Of a stretch of DNA of 64,000 nucleotides, positions 30,069 to 39,429 are shown piece by piece. The translations under genes were made by a program, and so were the position numbers. This DNA is from Bacillota bacterium (GTDB taxonomy: Bacteria; Bacillota; UBA994; UBA5500). Within the stretch, counting starts at the first letter, position 1. Each line of letters opens with the position of its first letter. Below the pieces are notes generated by a model. The model was not told the origin of the DNA. It saw only the letters and a list, made by a program, of their open reading frames with translations, and did no database searches. The stretch lies in assembly GCA_050949055.1 (NCBI GenBank), contig JBMNFA010000001.1:543338-607337 (forward strand). Reading direction: 5' to 3'.

Positions 30069-31452
30069 CCCCCTCTCCGGTGAGTGCCCAGACTATTGAC
30101 TCCATCTGCATGCCGCGGGAACCTTTTACCAACACCAGATCGTCGGGGCGGAGCAGCCGCTCGAGATATGCGGCGGCGGAATCATTGTCGGTGAAGCTCT
30201 TCACCTGCTGCAGCCCTTGTTCGACGGCCGCCCGGGCCATCAACTCAGCTAAAGGCCCCACCGTAAACAGGCCATCCAACTGCAGACTGGCCACCAATTC
30301 GCCGATCTCGCGGTGCGCTGATTCCGCCAACGCCCCCAGTTCCAGCATATCTCCCAGTACGGCGTAGCGGGAGCGGCCCTCAGGATAGGCAGTCAGGACC
30401 CGCAGAGCAGCCCGCACCGAATCAGGACCGGCATTATAGACATCATCGATTACGATGGCCCCAGTCTTGGCTCTAAGTACGTTCAACCGGTGGCTGGCCG
30501 GCCGATAGTTCAATAACCCGCGGATACAGTCATGCATATTCAGACCCAGCGCCAAACCGACAGCAATGGCAGCCAGGCTATTGGGCAGATTGTGCTCGCC
30601 GGGGCAGGGAATAGTCACCACTGCCTCCTCCCCTTGCCAGTGGACGACGTATCGCATGCTCAGGCCTAGATCCTGCACTTGGTCAGCCCAGAGCACATCG
30701 TCTCCTGGGCTGGGCTGACTGCTATACCAGATCACGCGACCGGGGGCACGCCTAGCCTGCTCCCTCACCCAGGGATCATCGCCATTCAACACCGCTATAC
30801 CATCGGAGCGCATCCCTTGCAGGATTTCGCCCTTGGCTTGCGCGATATTCTCAACGCTCCCCAAGAGCTCGATGTGGGTGACGCCAACATTGGTGATCAC
30901 CGCCACATGGGGCGGTGCCACTGAAGTCAGTTCCAGTATCTCTCCCGGGCCGCGCATACCCATCTCCAGGACTAGCACGTCCAAATCATGGTTGGCCGCG
31001 AGTACCATGGCAGGCAGTCCCATTTCTGTGTTCAGGTTGCCCTGGGTTTTCCCCACTTTCAGGGTTGATGACAGCGCCGCTGCGATCATCTCTTTGGTGG
31101 AGGTCTTGCCGATGCTGCCGGTCACGCCCACCACTTTCGCCTTGATCGTCTGCAAGTAACCCTTCGCCCACAGCTGCAGAGCACGCAACGGATCATCCAC
31201 CAAAATGACGGCCAGGCCGTCGGGCAATTCTCCCGGCCACCCACGCCGCACGAAGCTGGCCGCGGCACCTCGCCGCTGCGCGTCGGCTATGAACATATGC
31301 CCGTCGGCCCTCTCCCCTTGTAGGGGTACAAAAATGGCGCCGGGGGTAACCCGGCGGCTGTCCCAAACTGGGTCACCACACAACAGGGCGCCATCTCCAA
31401 CCAGGAGCTCCCCCCCGGTCAAATCAGCTATTGTCCGTAACTCCCATTTCAT
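30049..31452 (-). CDS. murF: UDP-MurNAc-tripeptide--D-Ala-D-Ala ligase
   Basis: DSRRV, VTGSIGKTSTKE, NLNTEMG, EMGM, DDVYNAGP, LGDMLELG, VKGSRG. Confidence 0.95.
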   Translation of the reverse strand: MKWELRTIADLTGGELLVGDGALLCGDPVWDSRRVTPGAIFVPLQGERADGHMFIADAQRRGAAASFVRRGWPGELPDGLAVILVDDPLRALQLWAKGYLQTIKAKVVGVTGSIGKTSTKEMIAAALSSTLKVGKTQGNLNTEMGLPAMVLAANHDLDVLVLEMGMRGPGEILELTSVAPPHVAVITNVGVTHIELLGSVENIAQAKGEILQGMRSDGIAVLNGDDPWVREQARRAPGRVIWYSSQPSPGDDVLWADQVQDLGLSMRYVVHWQGEEAVVTIPCPGEHNLPNSLAAIAVGLALGLNMHDCIRGLLNYRPASHRLNVLRAKTGAIVIDDVYNAGPDSVRAALRVLTAYPEGRSRYAVLGDMLELGALAESAHREIGELVASLQLDGLFTVGPLAELMARAAVEQGLQQVKSFTDNDSAAAYLERLLRPDDLVLVKGSRGMQMESIVWALTGEGGEERGH

Positions 31453-32923
31453 CGTTCCTTCGATCCTCCAACGCTCGTTTCGCTACTTCTCGGTCATCAA
31501 AGTGGATGGTACGATCAGCAAATATCTGGTAAGTCTCGTGCCCCTTGCCTGCAATGATCACTACGTCACCCGCCCGAGCCATGCCTATGGCCAGACGAAT
31601 GGCGGCTGCCCGGTCTAGCTCGATCAACACCCGGCGACGGTCCGGCATACCCACTAAAGTATCCTCAGCGATACGCTGGGGATCTTCGCTGCGAGGATTG
31701 TCGGAGGTGACGATGGCCATGTCAGCCAGCTGATTGGCTATTTCGCCCATCAGCGGCCGCTTGCGGCGATCCCTGTCCCCGCCACAGCCGAAAACCAAGA
31801 TCACCCTACCGCTGCAAAACTGCCTAGCCGTGGTGAGGATATTCTGTAGGCCATCGGGGGTGTGCGCATAATCGACTACCACTTCGAATTCTTGCCCCAA
31901 ACGGACCGGCTGAAAGCGCCCCGGAATGCTGGGGGCAATAGCCAATGCTTCAGCAATCAGGGGCAGAGGAATTCCTTCATGCACAGCTACTGAAATAGCC
32001 GCTAGAGCATTATAGACAGTGAACAAGCCGGGCGTCACTATCCATATATTACCTTGTAGCTGACCACGCACCAGCAGCTCGAAACTGGTACCGCTGCTAC
32101 CGATCCGGATATCCCTAGCTTGAAAGTTGGCTTCTTCATTGAGCCCATAAGTGATCACCGGCACCTTAGTCTGTTGCAGTAGATATTTCAGAGCTGGATC
32201 ATCGGCGTTCAGTATCGCCGCCTTGTTCGGCTTATGTCCTAAGTGCAGGCTGCTGAAAAGGCGGCCCTTAGCCTGCAAATAGGCATCCATGCTCTGGTGA
32301 AAATCCAGATGATCCTGGGTTAGGTTGGTGAAGACCCCCACGTCAAATTCCAACCCCAATACCCGTTCCAATGCCAGCGCATGGGAGGAGACCTCCATCA
32401 CTGCATAGTGGGAGCGGGCGGCGAGCATTTCCGCCAGGTAGGCCTGCAAATCCGCCGCTTCTGGAGTGGTATGCTTGACCGGGTACTCCTTCTTTCCAAC
32501 GATTGTCTTCACGGTACCGATTACGCCCACCCCATAGCCAGCATAGCTGAGGATGCTATGCAGCAGCAGCGTGGTCGTAGTCTTGCCGTTGGTGCCTGTC
32601 ACACCCACCAAGCGCAGCTTCCTCGCCGGATGGCCGAAAAAGACCTGCGCCAGAATTGCCAACGCCTTGCGCGTGTCCGCGACTTGAACCCACGAAAGCT
32701 GCTTCGGCACTGCAACCTGCCTTTGAATAACGGCTGCCACCGCGCCTCGCGTGGCGGCATCTGCAAGGAAATTATGCCCATCAACATGATAGCCTGGTAT
32801 GGCAACAAAGAGGAATCCGGGTTGCACCTGCCGCGAGTCATAGGCGATCCCTGTGATCTCGCGATCGAGGCTCCCCGATTGCTGCAACAGCGCAAGGGAA
32901 TGAACCAGTTCTGCCAGTAGCAT
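31424..32923 (-). CDS. murE: UDP-MurNAc-dipeptide--meso-DAP ligase
   Basis: VTGTNGKTT, MEVSSH, TNLTQDHLDFH, DYAHTPD; the DNPR motif indicates meso-DAP specificity. Confidence 0.95.
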   Translation of the reverse strand: MLLAELVHSLALLQQSGSLDREITGIAYDSRQVQPGFLFVAIPGYHVDGHNFLADAATRGAVAAVIQRQVAVPKQLSWVQVADTRKALAILAQVFFGHPARKLRLVGVTGTNGKTTTTLLLHSILSYAGYGVGVIGTVKTIVGKKEYPVKHTTPEAADLQAYLAEMLAARSHYAVMEVSSHALALERVLGLEFDVGVFTNLTQDHLDFHQSMDAYLQAKGRLFSSLHLGHKPNKAAILNADDPALKYLLQQTKVPVITYGLNEEANFQARDIRIGSSGTSFELLVRGQLQGNIWIVTPGLFTVYNALAAISVAVHEGIPLPLIAEALAIAPSIPGRFQPVRLGQEFEVVVDYAHTPDGLQNILTTARQFCSGRVILVFGCGGDRDRRKRPLMGEIANQLADMAIVTSDNPRSEDPQRIAEDTLVGMPDRRRVLIELDRAAAIRLAIGMARAGDVVIIAGKGHETYQIFADRTIHFDDREVAKRALEDRRNDEMGVTDNS

Positions 32924-32991
32924 TACTAGCATCCCCCCTCTATTCATGCCATGGTGCTGCTTGCCGAACCAACGTCAGCCCAGCAGCTTGC

Positions 32992-35088
32992 CTAGGGAAC
33001 GAAGTTGACAGTGATGATGGAGCCGGCAGGGACAATAGTGCCGGCTATCGGCGATTGTGATGAAGCCACACCGGAACCGACGGCGTGAATCCGTAGCCCT
33101 TGGGTAGACAACGCGACGCTGGCATCGCGCAAAGACAAGCTAGTCACATCAGGCACTTCCACCGGCTGGCCCACCTGACCCTCCTGCTGACCTAGGTAGA
33201 CTATGACCGTCGTTCCTGGTGCAACTTTTACCCCCGCCTTAGGCGTCTGGTCCAGGATTTTGGGCCCTTGCCCATCCAGCCGTATGTTCAATCCCGTGTC
33301 CAGCAACCTGCTCAGCGCCTGGCTTGAGGTCAGGCCCAACAGATCCGGCACCTCCACCGGAGCCGGCTGCGGTGCTGTCACGGCATCGATCTGCGGCATT
33401 ACATCCAGATAGTAGAGAATATCCTGCGCCATATTACGGGTAGCAGGCGCAGCGGTATTGGCACCGTAATAACCATACTTGCCCTTGGGATCTTTAATAG
33501 CCATGAAGACTACCACTTTGGGGTCATTCGCAGGGGCAAAGCCGGTGAATGATGCAATGTATTTGTTTGAGTAGTAGCCTCCGCCAGGCATCGGCACTTG
33601 GGCAGTACCTGTCTTGCCAGCCAGCCGATATCCAGGGATGAACGCATTGCGGCCGCCGCCATCGGTGACCACTTCCTCCAACAGGGCGCGCATGCGGGAG
33701 GAGGTCTCCTCCATAATCGCCTGCCCCAGCACTTTGGGCTCACTTTGATGCACGACATTCCCATCCTGGTCGAGCACCTGGTCCAGTACATAGGGCTGCA
33801 CGATTTTCCCGCCATTGGCGATAGCCGCCATAGCCACCACCTGCTGAATGGGTGTCACCGAAGGCCCTTGACCAAAGGACATGGTAGCCAGCTCCACCGG
33901 GCCAATCTGACTGAACATCACGCCTATGGCCTCTCCCGGCAAGTCGATGCCTGCCTTCTGACCAAAGCCAAACTTCTTGACGTACTCGGTGAGCCTGGCG
34001 GCTCCCAGCTCCAGGCCGACGCTGATGAAACCAGGGTTGCAGGAATTCTTGATCACTTGCCGAAAGGTCTCTTGCCCATGACCCTGCCTCCGCCAACAAT
34101 GCAGGCGGCGGCCAGCCACAATCTCGTATCCTTTGTCGAAGTATGGGGTCTCCTCAGTTACCACCCCTACTTCCAGACCAGCAGAGGCAGTGACCACCTT
34201 GAAGGTGGAGCCTGGCTCGAAGCCGCCCGAGACCGCCTCGTTTTCCCATATCTTTGTGCTGCCGGTGGTTCGATAGGCTTCCATATAGTTGTTGGGGTCG
34301 AAGTCCGGGCGGTTAGCCATGGCCAAGATGGCCCCGGTGTTCGGATCCATGACGATGGCCAAAGCTGCTTCCGCATTATGCACTTCCATTGCATTATCTA
34401 GTTCCCGTTCCACAATGTGCTGAATTACTTCATCCAGCGTCAGTTTTAGATCATACCCATCCTGCGGCGGTACATAACTGGGGGTTGCATCGGAAATTTC
34501 CTGCCCCCGGCTGTCGGTCGGATACTGCAGGTAGCCTTTCTTGCCACGCAGGTATTCATCGTACTGCAGCTCCAGCCCATATAAGCCTTGGCTGTCAATG
34601 CCGGCAAAACCCAGCACTTGCGAGGCCAGGTTGCCATAGGGATAGTAGCGCCGACTCTCTTCCGTGAAGGTAATTCCGGGCAGAGCCATGGCGCGCACCT
34701 GAGCGGCCACAGCCGGATCAATCTTGCGTGCCACATAGACAGCGGCTTTCTTTCTAGTGATCGCTTCGTAGACATCAGCTTCGGACATAGACAAAACAGA
34801 CGCCAGTTGCTTGGCTGTAGCTTGAGCATCCTCAATCTGAGCAGGAATGGCAACTACAGTATCGGCACTGGCGCTGATGGCAAGCTCATTTCCGTTACGA
34901 TCATAGATTATCCCGCGTTTAGGCTCCACCGGTATTTCCCGCATCCACTGCGAATAGGCCCTGCTGCTCAGTTCAGGCCCCTTAACCAGCTGCAACCAGG
35001 CCAAGCGAACGTCCAGCGCCAATAGACTGAGCAGAAAGATCAGCAGAGCTATCCCTGCTCTGATGCGAGTGTTCATCCGAGTAGACAT
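32992..35088 (-). CDS. spoVD: Class B PBP, SpoVD-like, with two PASTA domains
   Basis: RGIIYDRNG, FEPGSTFK (SxxK), SCN, KTGT, two C-terminal VPD-containing PASTA repeats. Confidence 0.88.
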   Translation of the reverse strand: MSTRMNTRIRAGIALLIFLLSLLALDVRLAWLQLVKGPELSSRAYSQWMREIPVEPKRGIIYDRNGNELAISASADTVVAIPAQIEDAQATAKQLASVLSMSEADVYEAITRKKAAVYVARKIDPAVAAQVRAMALPGITFTEESRRYYPYGNLASQVLGFAGIDSQGLYGLELQYDEYLRGKKGYLQYPTDSRGQEISDATPSYVPPQDGYDLKLTLDEVIQHIVERELDNAMEVHNAEAALAIVMDPNTGAILAMANRPDFDPNNYMEAYRTTGSTKIWENEAVSGGFEPGSTFKVVTASAGLEVGVVTEETPYFDKGYEIVAGRRLHCWRRQGHGQETFRQVIKNSCNPGFISVGLELGAARLTEYVKKFGFGQKAGIDLPGEAIGVMFSQIGPVELATMSFGQGPSVTPIQQVVAMAAIANGGKIVQPYVLDQVLDQDGNVVHQSEPKVLGQAIMEETSSRMRALLEEVVTDGGGRNAFIPGYRLAGKTGTAQVPMPGGGYYSNKYIASFTGFAPANDPKVVVFMAIKDPKGKYGYYGANTAAPATRNMAQDILYYLDVMPQIDAVTAPQPAPVEVPDLLGLTSSQALSRLLDTGLNIRLDGQGPKILDQTPKAGVKVAPGTTVIVYLGQQEGQVGQPVEVPDVTSLSLRDASVALSTQGLRIHAVGSGVASSQSPIAGTIVPAGSIITVNFVP

Positions 35089-35132
35089 GCGAGCCCCTCC
35101 CCCTAAGATCAACAGCCAGCCCCATGTCCTAC

Positions 35133-35516
35133 TCAGTGCTCCTCCTGCTTCGCTTCTGCGGCCACGTTCACTATCTGCTGATCGGTCGGCCACTGCATTC
35201 CCAGTTCACTGCTTGCGCGGCGCTCTATTTGACTGGGGGCACTAAGACGGTTCAATTCCACGGTCAAGCTGGCGTTTACTTGCTGCAGCTGTTGGACCTG
35301 CCGCTCCATCTGGCGGATGCGATAATCCAGATCGTTGACCTGCGTAAAGCGCCACACCAAGCCCAAACTGGCCGCTCCCATCAAAATGACAGCGATCAGA
35401 ATCAGAGCTTGGTCCTGTTTGGCCAAAGGTTGTTTGCGCGGGCGATTCTTCGGCCGGTGCCGCTCCTGCCTGGATGGTACCTGCGGCTGATATAACGGCT
35501 GTTTGGCTACTAACAA
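35133..35516 (-). CDS. ftsL: Cell division protein FtsL
   Basis: Single TM plus leucine zipper, LSAPSQIERRA..LGM; lies between rsmH and the PBP. Confidence 0.85.
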   Translation of the reverse strand: MLVAKQPLYQPQVPSRQERHRPKNRPRKQPLAKQDQALILIAVILMGAASLGLVWRFTQVNDLDYRIRQMERQVQQLQQVNASLTVELNRLSAPSQIERRASSELGMQWPTDQQIVNVAAEAKQEEH

Positions 35517-35522
35517 GCTTAT

Positions 35523-36482
35523 TCACCTGCCCCTTTTACTAGAACTGTCCAATCGCTCGGCAACACGCAGCTTGGCGCTGCGGGCCCGCGGGTTGGACGA
35601 AATCTCCTCCGCCGAGGGCAACACTGGCTTCCTGGTGAGCACTTTCAATTTAGACTGGCGGCCGCATACGCAGACGGGCAAGTTTGGCGGGCACGTGCAT
35701 CCCCGTTCAATCTCCCGAAACGTCTGCTTGACAATGCGATCCTCTAAGGAATGGAAGGTGATCATCGCCACCCGCCCTCCCGGTCGCAGCACTTCCACTG
35801 CCTCCTCGATGGCTGGTTTGAGGATTTGCAGTTCCCCGTTCAATGCGATGCGTAACGCTTGAAAGGTGCGTTTGGCTGGATGAGGTCCTCCCTGGCGAGC
35901 GGCTGCTGGAATGGCTCGCTTGATCACAGCTACCAACTCTCCGGTGGTCCTGATGCTGCCTTTCTGTTCCCTCTCCTGCACAATGAACTCGGCGATGCGT
36001 TTTGACCAGCGTTCTTCACCATAATCCCAAAGGATTTGAGCCAGCTGCTCAGCCGATAATCGATTGACCAGGTGGTAGGCAGTCTCATGCTGACGCTGGT
36101 CCATACGCATGTCGAGGGGGGCATCGACGTTGTAGCTGAAGCCCCTTTCTCCCTGATCCAATTGGGGAGAGGACACGCCCAAATCAAACAGAATCTTATC
36201 TACACGGGCAACGCCCAAAGATAGTAACACGGTGCGCAGGTTACGAAAGTTGTCATGGGCCAGGGTTATCTCGGCTGGCAATGTTTGCTTGGCATGAGAG
36301 ATGGCTTGCTCATCTTGATCGATGGCAATCAAGCGCACATTTCCTTCCAGGCGCTCCCAAATGGCGCGAGTATGTCCGCCACCACCGAGAGTACAGTCGA
36401 GGACCGTATCGCCCGGCTGCAGGTTCAACCACGACAAAGTCTGCTGCAATAGAACTGGTTGATGGATAAATGACAGCGCCAC
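35523..36482 (-). CDS. rsmH: 16S rRNA m4C1402 methyltransferase
   Basis: HQPVLL, DCTLGGGGH, DLGVSSPQLD, RGFS, LDMRMD, FHSLEDR, NPRARSAKLR. Confidence 0.97.
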   Translation of the reverse strand: MALSFIHQPVLLQQTLSWLNLQPGDTVLDCTLGGGGHTRAIWERLEGNVRLIAIDQDEQAISHAKQTLPAEITLAHDNFRNLRTVLLSLGVARVDKILFDLGVSSPQLDQGERGFSYNVDAPLDMRMDQRQHETAYHLVNRLSAEQLAQILWDYGEERWSKRIAEFIVQEREQKGSIRTTGELVAVIKRAIPAAARQGGPHPAKRTFQALRIALNGELQILKPAIEEAVEVLRPGGRVAMITFHSLEDRIVKQTFREIERGCTCPPNLPVCVCGRQSKLKVLTRKPVLPSAEEISSNPRARSAKLRVAERLDSSSKRGR

Positions 36483-36571
36483 TCACCTCTTCTCAGCACA
36501 AAGTCATTGGCGCACGACTGTAGAAGGTGGAAGACAGTGCCTGGCGCAACCCTAGCTCGATCAGGAACCAC

Positions 36572-37012
36572 CTAGATCCCTAAGCCCTCCAGTTGCTCGG
36601 CCACCTGTTCGTAAGACTCAGCTGCCCGGCTGCTGTAGTTGGTCCAGACTTGCTGGTCCCAGATCTCCACCCGATTGGCTACACCCAGGATGACGGCATC
36701 CCGCTCCAAGTGAGCATGGGAACGCAAATGAGGCGGGACCAGAATTCTGCCTTGCTTATCCAGCTCACAGACGGTGGCACCGGCAAACAGTAAGCGGACA
36801 AAGGCGCGGACATCGGAACTGGTTAAGGGTAGTGCGCGCAATTTGGCTTCTAGACTGTCCCATTCGGTTTCCGGATATACAAACAGACAGGTGTCCAATC
36901 CCTTGGTGACCACGAACCGCTCTCCCAGTCCCTCCCGCAAACGGGCCGGGATGATCAGGCGGCCTTTGCCATCCAAACTATGCTGGTATTCTCCGATCAA
37001 GAGACTGGCCAT
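36572..37012 (-). CDS. mraZ: Transcriptional regulator MraZ
   Basis: GEYQHSLDGKGRLIIP, DKQGRILVP, RVEIWD. Confidence 0.97.
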   Translation of the reverse strand: MASLLIGEYQHSLDGKGRLIIPARLREGLGERFVVTKGLDTCLFVYPETEWDSLEAKLRALPLTSSDVRAFVRLLFAGATVCELDKQGRILVPPHLRSHAHLERDAVILGVANRVEIWDQQVWTNYSSRAAESYEQVAEQLEGLGI

Positions 37013-37031
37013 ATCCGGAAACCTCCCTTCT

Positions 37032-37088
37032 CCCCACATCGCTCCACTTGTCCCCACTTCACTCCACTATATTCTCCCCCCTTCCCAC
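37032..37088 (-). promoter_or_regulatory. MraZ-binding direct repeats
   Basis: GTGG(A/G)G hexamers at exact 10-bp period (37032, 37042, 37052, 37062) plus a fifth GTGGG at 37084-37088, directly upstream of mraZ. Confidence 0.85.
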
Positions 37089-37180
37089 AACTCCTGCTTG
37101 TTTCCTTAACTAATTTGTCTGAAAGGTGGTGAAATTTTCAGCCAATGCCTGTGCTGGCAACAAGAAGTCCCTCTTTTGCA

Positions 37181-37212
37181 CAAAAAAAGGGGGCGAGGTC
37201 TCCCCTCGCCCC
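37181..37212 (-). terminator. Terminator after the fumarate hydratase genes
   Basis: GGGGCGAG...CTCGCCCC stem with a T7 run on the minus strand. Confidence 0.7.
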
Positions 37213-37221
37213 ACTATCCGA

Positions 37222-37767
37222 TTAAATCGCCCAGTCGCTTGGCCCCATTTGGTACAGATCGTTCCCTTGACTATCGATGGCCACCACCACCGGAAAATCC
37301 ACCACCTGCAGCCTGTACACTGCCTCTGGCCCCAACTCGGGATAGAGCAACAACTGACAGCTCTTGACCGTCTGGGCCAGCAGCGCCCCGGCTCCTCCGG
37401 TGGCGGCAAAGTATACCGCGCCGTGAGCAGCCATGGCGGCTTTCACTTCCTCACTGCGCCGCCCCTTGCCGATGCTGCCTGCCAATCCATACTCCAGCAG
37501 GGTCGGTGTGTATTTATCCATGCGACCGCTGGTGGTGGGGCCTGCGGCCCCAATCACCTCCCCCTGGCGGGGCTGGCATGGTCCAACGTAGAAGATCAGC
37601 TGGCCATCTAGATCCAGTGGCAGTCTCTCTCCCCTATCCAGGGCGGCAACCAACTTGGCATGGGCGGCATCTCGGGCAGTATATAGCTGGCCGCTGAGTA
37701 GACAGCGGTCGCCGACGGACAGGCGTTGTCTGTCTGGCAGCGTAAGCGGTGTCTGTAACCTGATCAT
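37222..37767 (-). CDS. Class I fumarate hydratase / tartrate dehydratase, beta subunit
   Basis: LSGQLYTARDAAH, AGPTTSGRMD, GKG, GGAGAL, DFPVVVAIDSQG. Confidence 0.9.
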   Translation of the reverse strand: MIRLQTPLTLPDRQRLSVGDRCLLSGQLYTARDAAHAKLVAALDRGERLPLDLDGQLIFYVGPCQPRQGEVIGAAGPTTSGRMDKYTPTLLEYGLAGSIGKGRRSEEVKAAMAAHGAVYFAATGGAGALLAQTVKSCQLLLYPELGPEAVYRLQVVDFPVVVAIDSQGNDLYQMGPSDWAI

Positions 37768-37834
37768 ATCATCTACCTTTCCTTCCTTATCTAGAACTGA
37801 TTGGCTAGCAGCGCAGCCTAGGATTAACAGCACC

Positions 37835-38689
37835 CTACTCCTTGCCGACGATGGTCACTTCGGTATGCCGGTCTGCGTGGCATTGTAGGTTGATGGCCAC
37901 AGGCAGCCCTGCGATGTGGGTAGGAGCAGCCTGGATAGCCACTCCCAAACAGGTGACCCGCCCTCCCAAGCCTCCTGGGCCGATCCCCAGCCGATTGACG
38001 GCCTCCAGCAGCTCAGCCTCTTTTTGGGCATAGTAGGGATCGCTGTGGCGGGCCCCCAGCGGGCGCAATAAGGCTTCCTTAGCCAACACAGTCACCTGGT
38101 CCAGAGTGCCGCCAACGCCCACTCCCACCACGATAGGAGGACATGGATTTGGACCGGCTTGTTGCACCACGTCCAGCACCGCCCGCTTGACGCCCTCCCA
38201 GCCGTCTGCTGGCGTAAGCATCCTAACTTGGCTCATATTTTCGCTGCCAAATCCCTTGGCCATCACCTTAAGGCGCAGATTGGAGCCAGCCACCAGCCGT
38301 ACATGCACGACCGCCGGCGTGTTATCGCCGGTGTTCTCCCTTCTCAATGGATCCGCTACCACCGAGTAGCGGAAGGGTTCCGCCTGATACGCCTGGCGCA
38401 CACCTGCGTCGATGGCCTCAGTCAGCAGACCACCGACCAGTTGTACCTCCTGGCCGACTTCAGCAAAAACCACCACCATGCCGGTGTCCTGGCAGAGGGC
38501 GGCCACGCCGGCTTCGGCCAGCTGACAGTTTTGCAGGATATCAGCCAGAACCTGCTGTCCGGCGAGCGATTCCTCCTGCGCCCGGGCCCGCCGCAATGCC
38601 TCAAGCACGTCAGCTGGCAGATGGTAGTGGATCTTTTTGCAGGCTGAGCTGACAGCCTGCACAATTTCTGAGTAATGGATCGTCTTCAT
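37835..38689 (-). CDS. Class I fumarate hydratase / tartrate dehydratase, alpha (Fe-S) subunit
   Basis: LCQDTG, NTGDNTP, KGFGSEN, CPP, GPGGLGG, QCHADR. Confidence 0.9.
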   Translation of the reverse strand: MKTIHYSEIVQAVSSACKKIHYHLPADVLEALRRARAQEESLAGQQVLADILQNCQLAEAGVAALCQDTGMVVVFAEVGQEVQLVGGLLTEAIDAGVRQAYQAEPFRYSVVADPLRRENTGDNTPAVVHVRLVAGSNLRLKVMAKGFGSENMSQVRMLTPADGWEGVKRAVLDVVQQAGPNPCPPIVVGVGVGGTLDQVTVLAKEALLRPLGARHSDPYYAQKEAELLEAVNRLGIGPGGLGGRVTCLGVAIQAAPTHIAGLPVAINLQCHADRHTEVTIVGKE

Positions 38690-38868
38690 TGCGCGTCACC
38701 TCAGAAAAGGCAGTTCGCTACCGAGGGAGCAGTTCCTGCCGCACTGCAGTAGTTATTTGAGAATAGCAGTACTCTGATGAGTTGACCCCCCTGCCACCGG
38801 GGCAAGTCAACGCCTGGCCACACATGCCACTCAAGAATAGAGGCGTGGTTTCCCACGCCCCAGCGTTA

Positions 38869-39039
38869 CTACCGCTCCTGCATCATCTGTTCAGCCTTGG
38901 CGATCGCCAATTTGACCAGGTTTCCGGCGTCGCGGGTGGTGATCGCACCCCACCCCTGCTGTCTTACAGTATCAGCAAAGCCCAGTTCCTCAGCCAACTG
39001 ATACTTCAGCTCATCGGACATGAAACCGCGTCTGGACAT
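38869..39039 (-). CDS. Small acid-soluble spore protein, alpha/beta (SspF-like), 56 aa; absent from the ORF track
   Basis: My translation is MSRRGFMSDELKYQLAEELGFADTVRQQGWGAITTRDAGNLVKLAIAKAEQMMQER. RBS AAAGGA lies upstream and a hairpin downstream. Confidence 0.9.
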   Translation of the reverse strand: MSRRGFMSDELKYQLAEELGFADTVRQQGWGAITTRDAGNLVKLAIAKAEQMMQER

Positions 39040-39287
39040 GAACATCATCCTTTCGGGTGTGGTAGCGGCGTAACGACGTGCTTAGCTTTCCCCGATGCAT
39101 GGCGTTCAAATCTGGCACACAGTTCCTGCTAGCCACGCCAAAGCGTCAGGAGGCGGCCTGTCTGCAAATCGGCCTCAGCACCCGCGACACGGATAACTTG
39201 TCCACCAAACGGTTGTTGATAACAAGACTGCCATGACCAGCTCATGATCAGCATTCGTGCCAGCGGCCTTGTCCGGCTCTGCCGGGC

Positions 39288-39382
39288 GTCATCCTGACAG
39301 TTCGCGAACTCAGCGCAGGCTCCGCAAAGATTTAGACTCCTCGCGGAGTTCATGCTGAGCCGGTCGAGGTGCTCGGAATGAC
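39288..39382. repeat. GTCATCCTGA...TCGGAATGAC long imperfect palindromic element
   Basis: Terminal arms are like those of 6542-6621. Inner arms CTCAGCGCAGGCTCCGC / GCGGAGTTCATGCTGAG pair with G-U wobbles. Confidence 0.55.
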
Positions 39383-39429
39383 AGGGACTCGCCGGGGAAA
39401 GAGAAAGAGGAGCCGAGTAGCCCGGCTCC

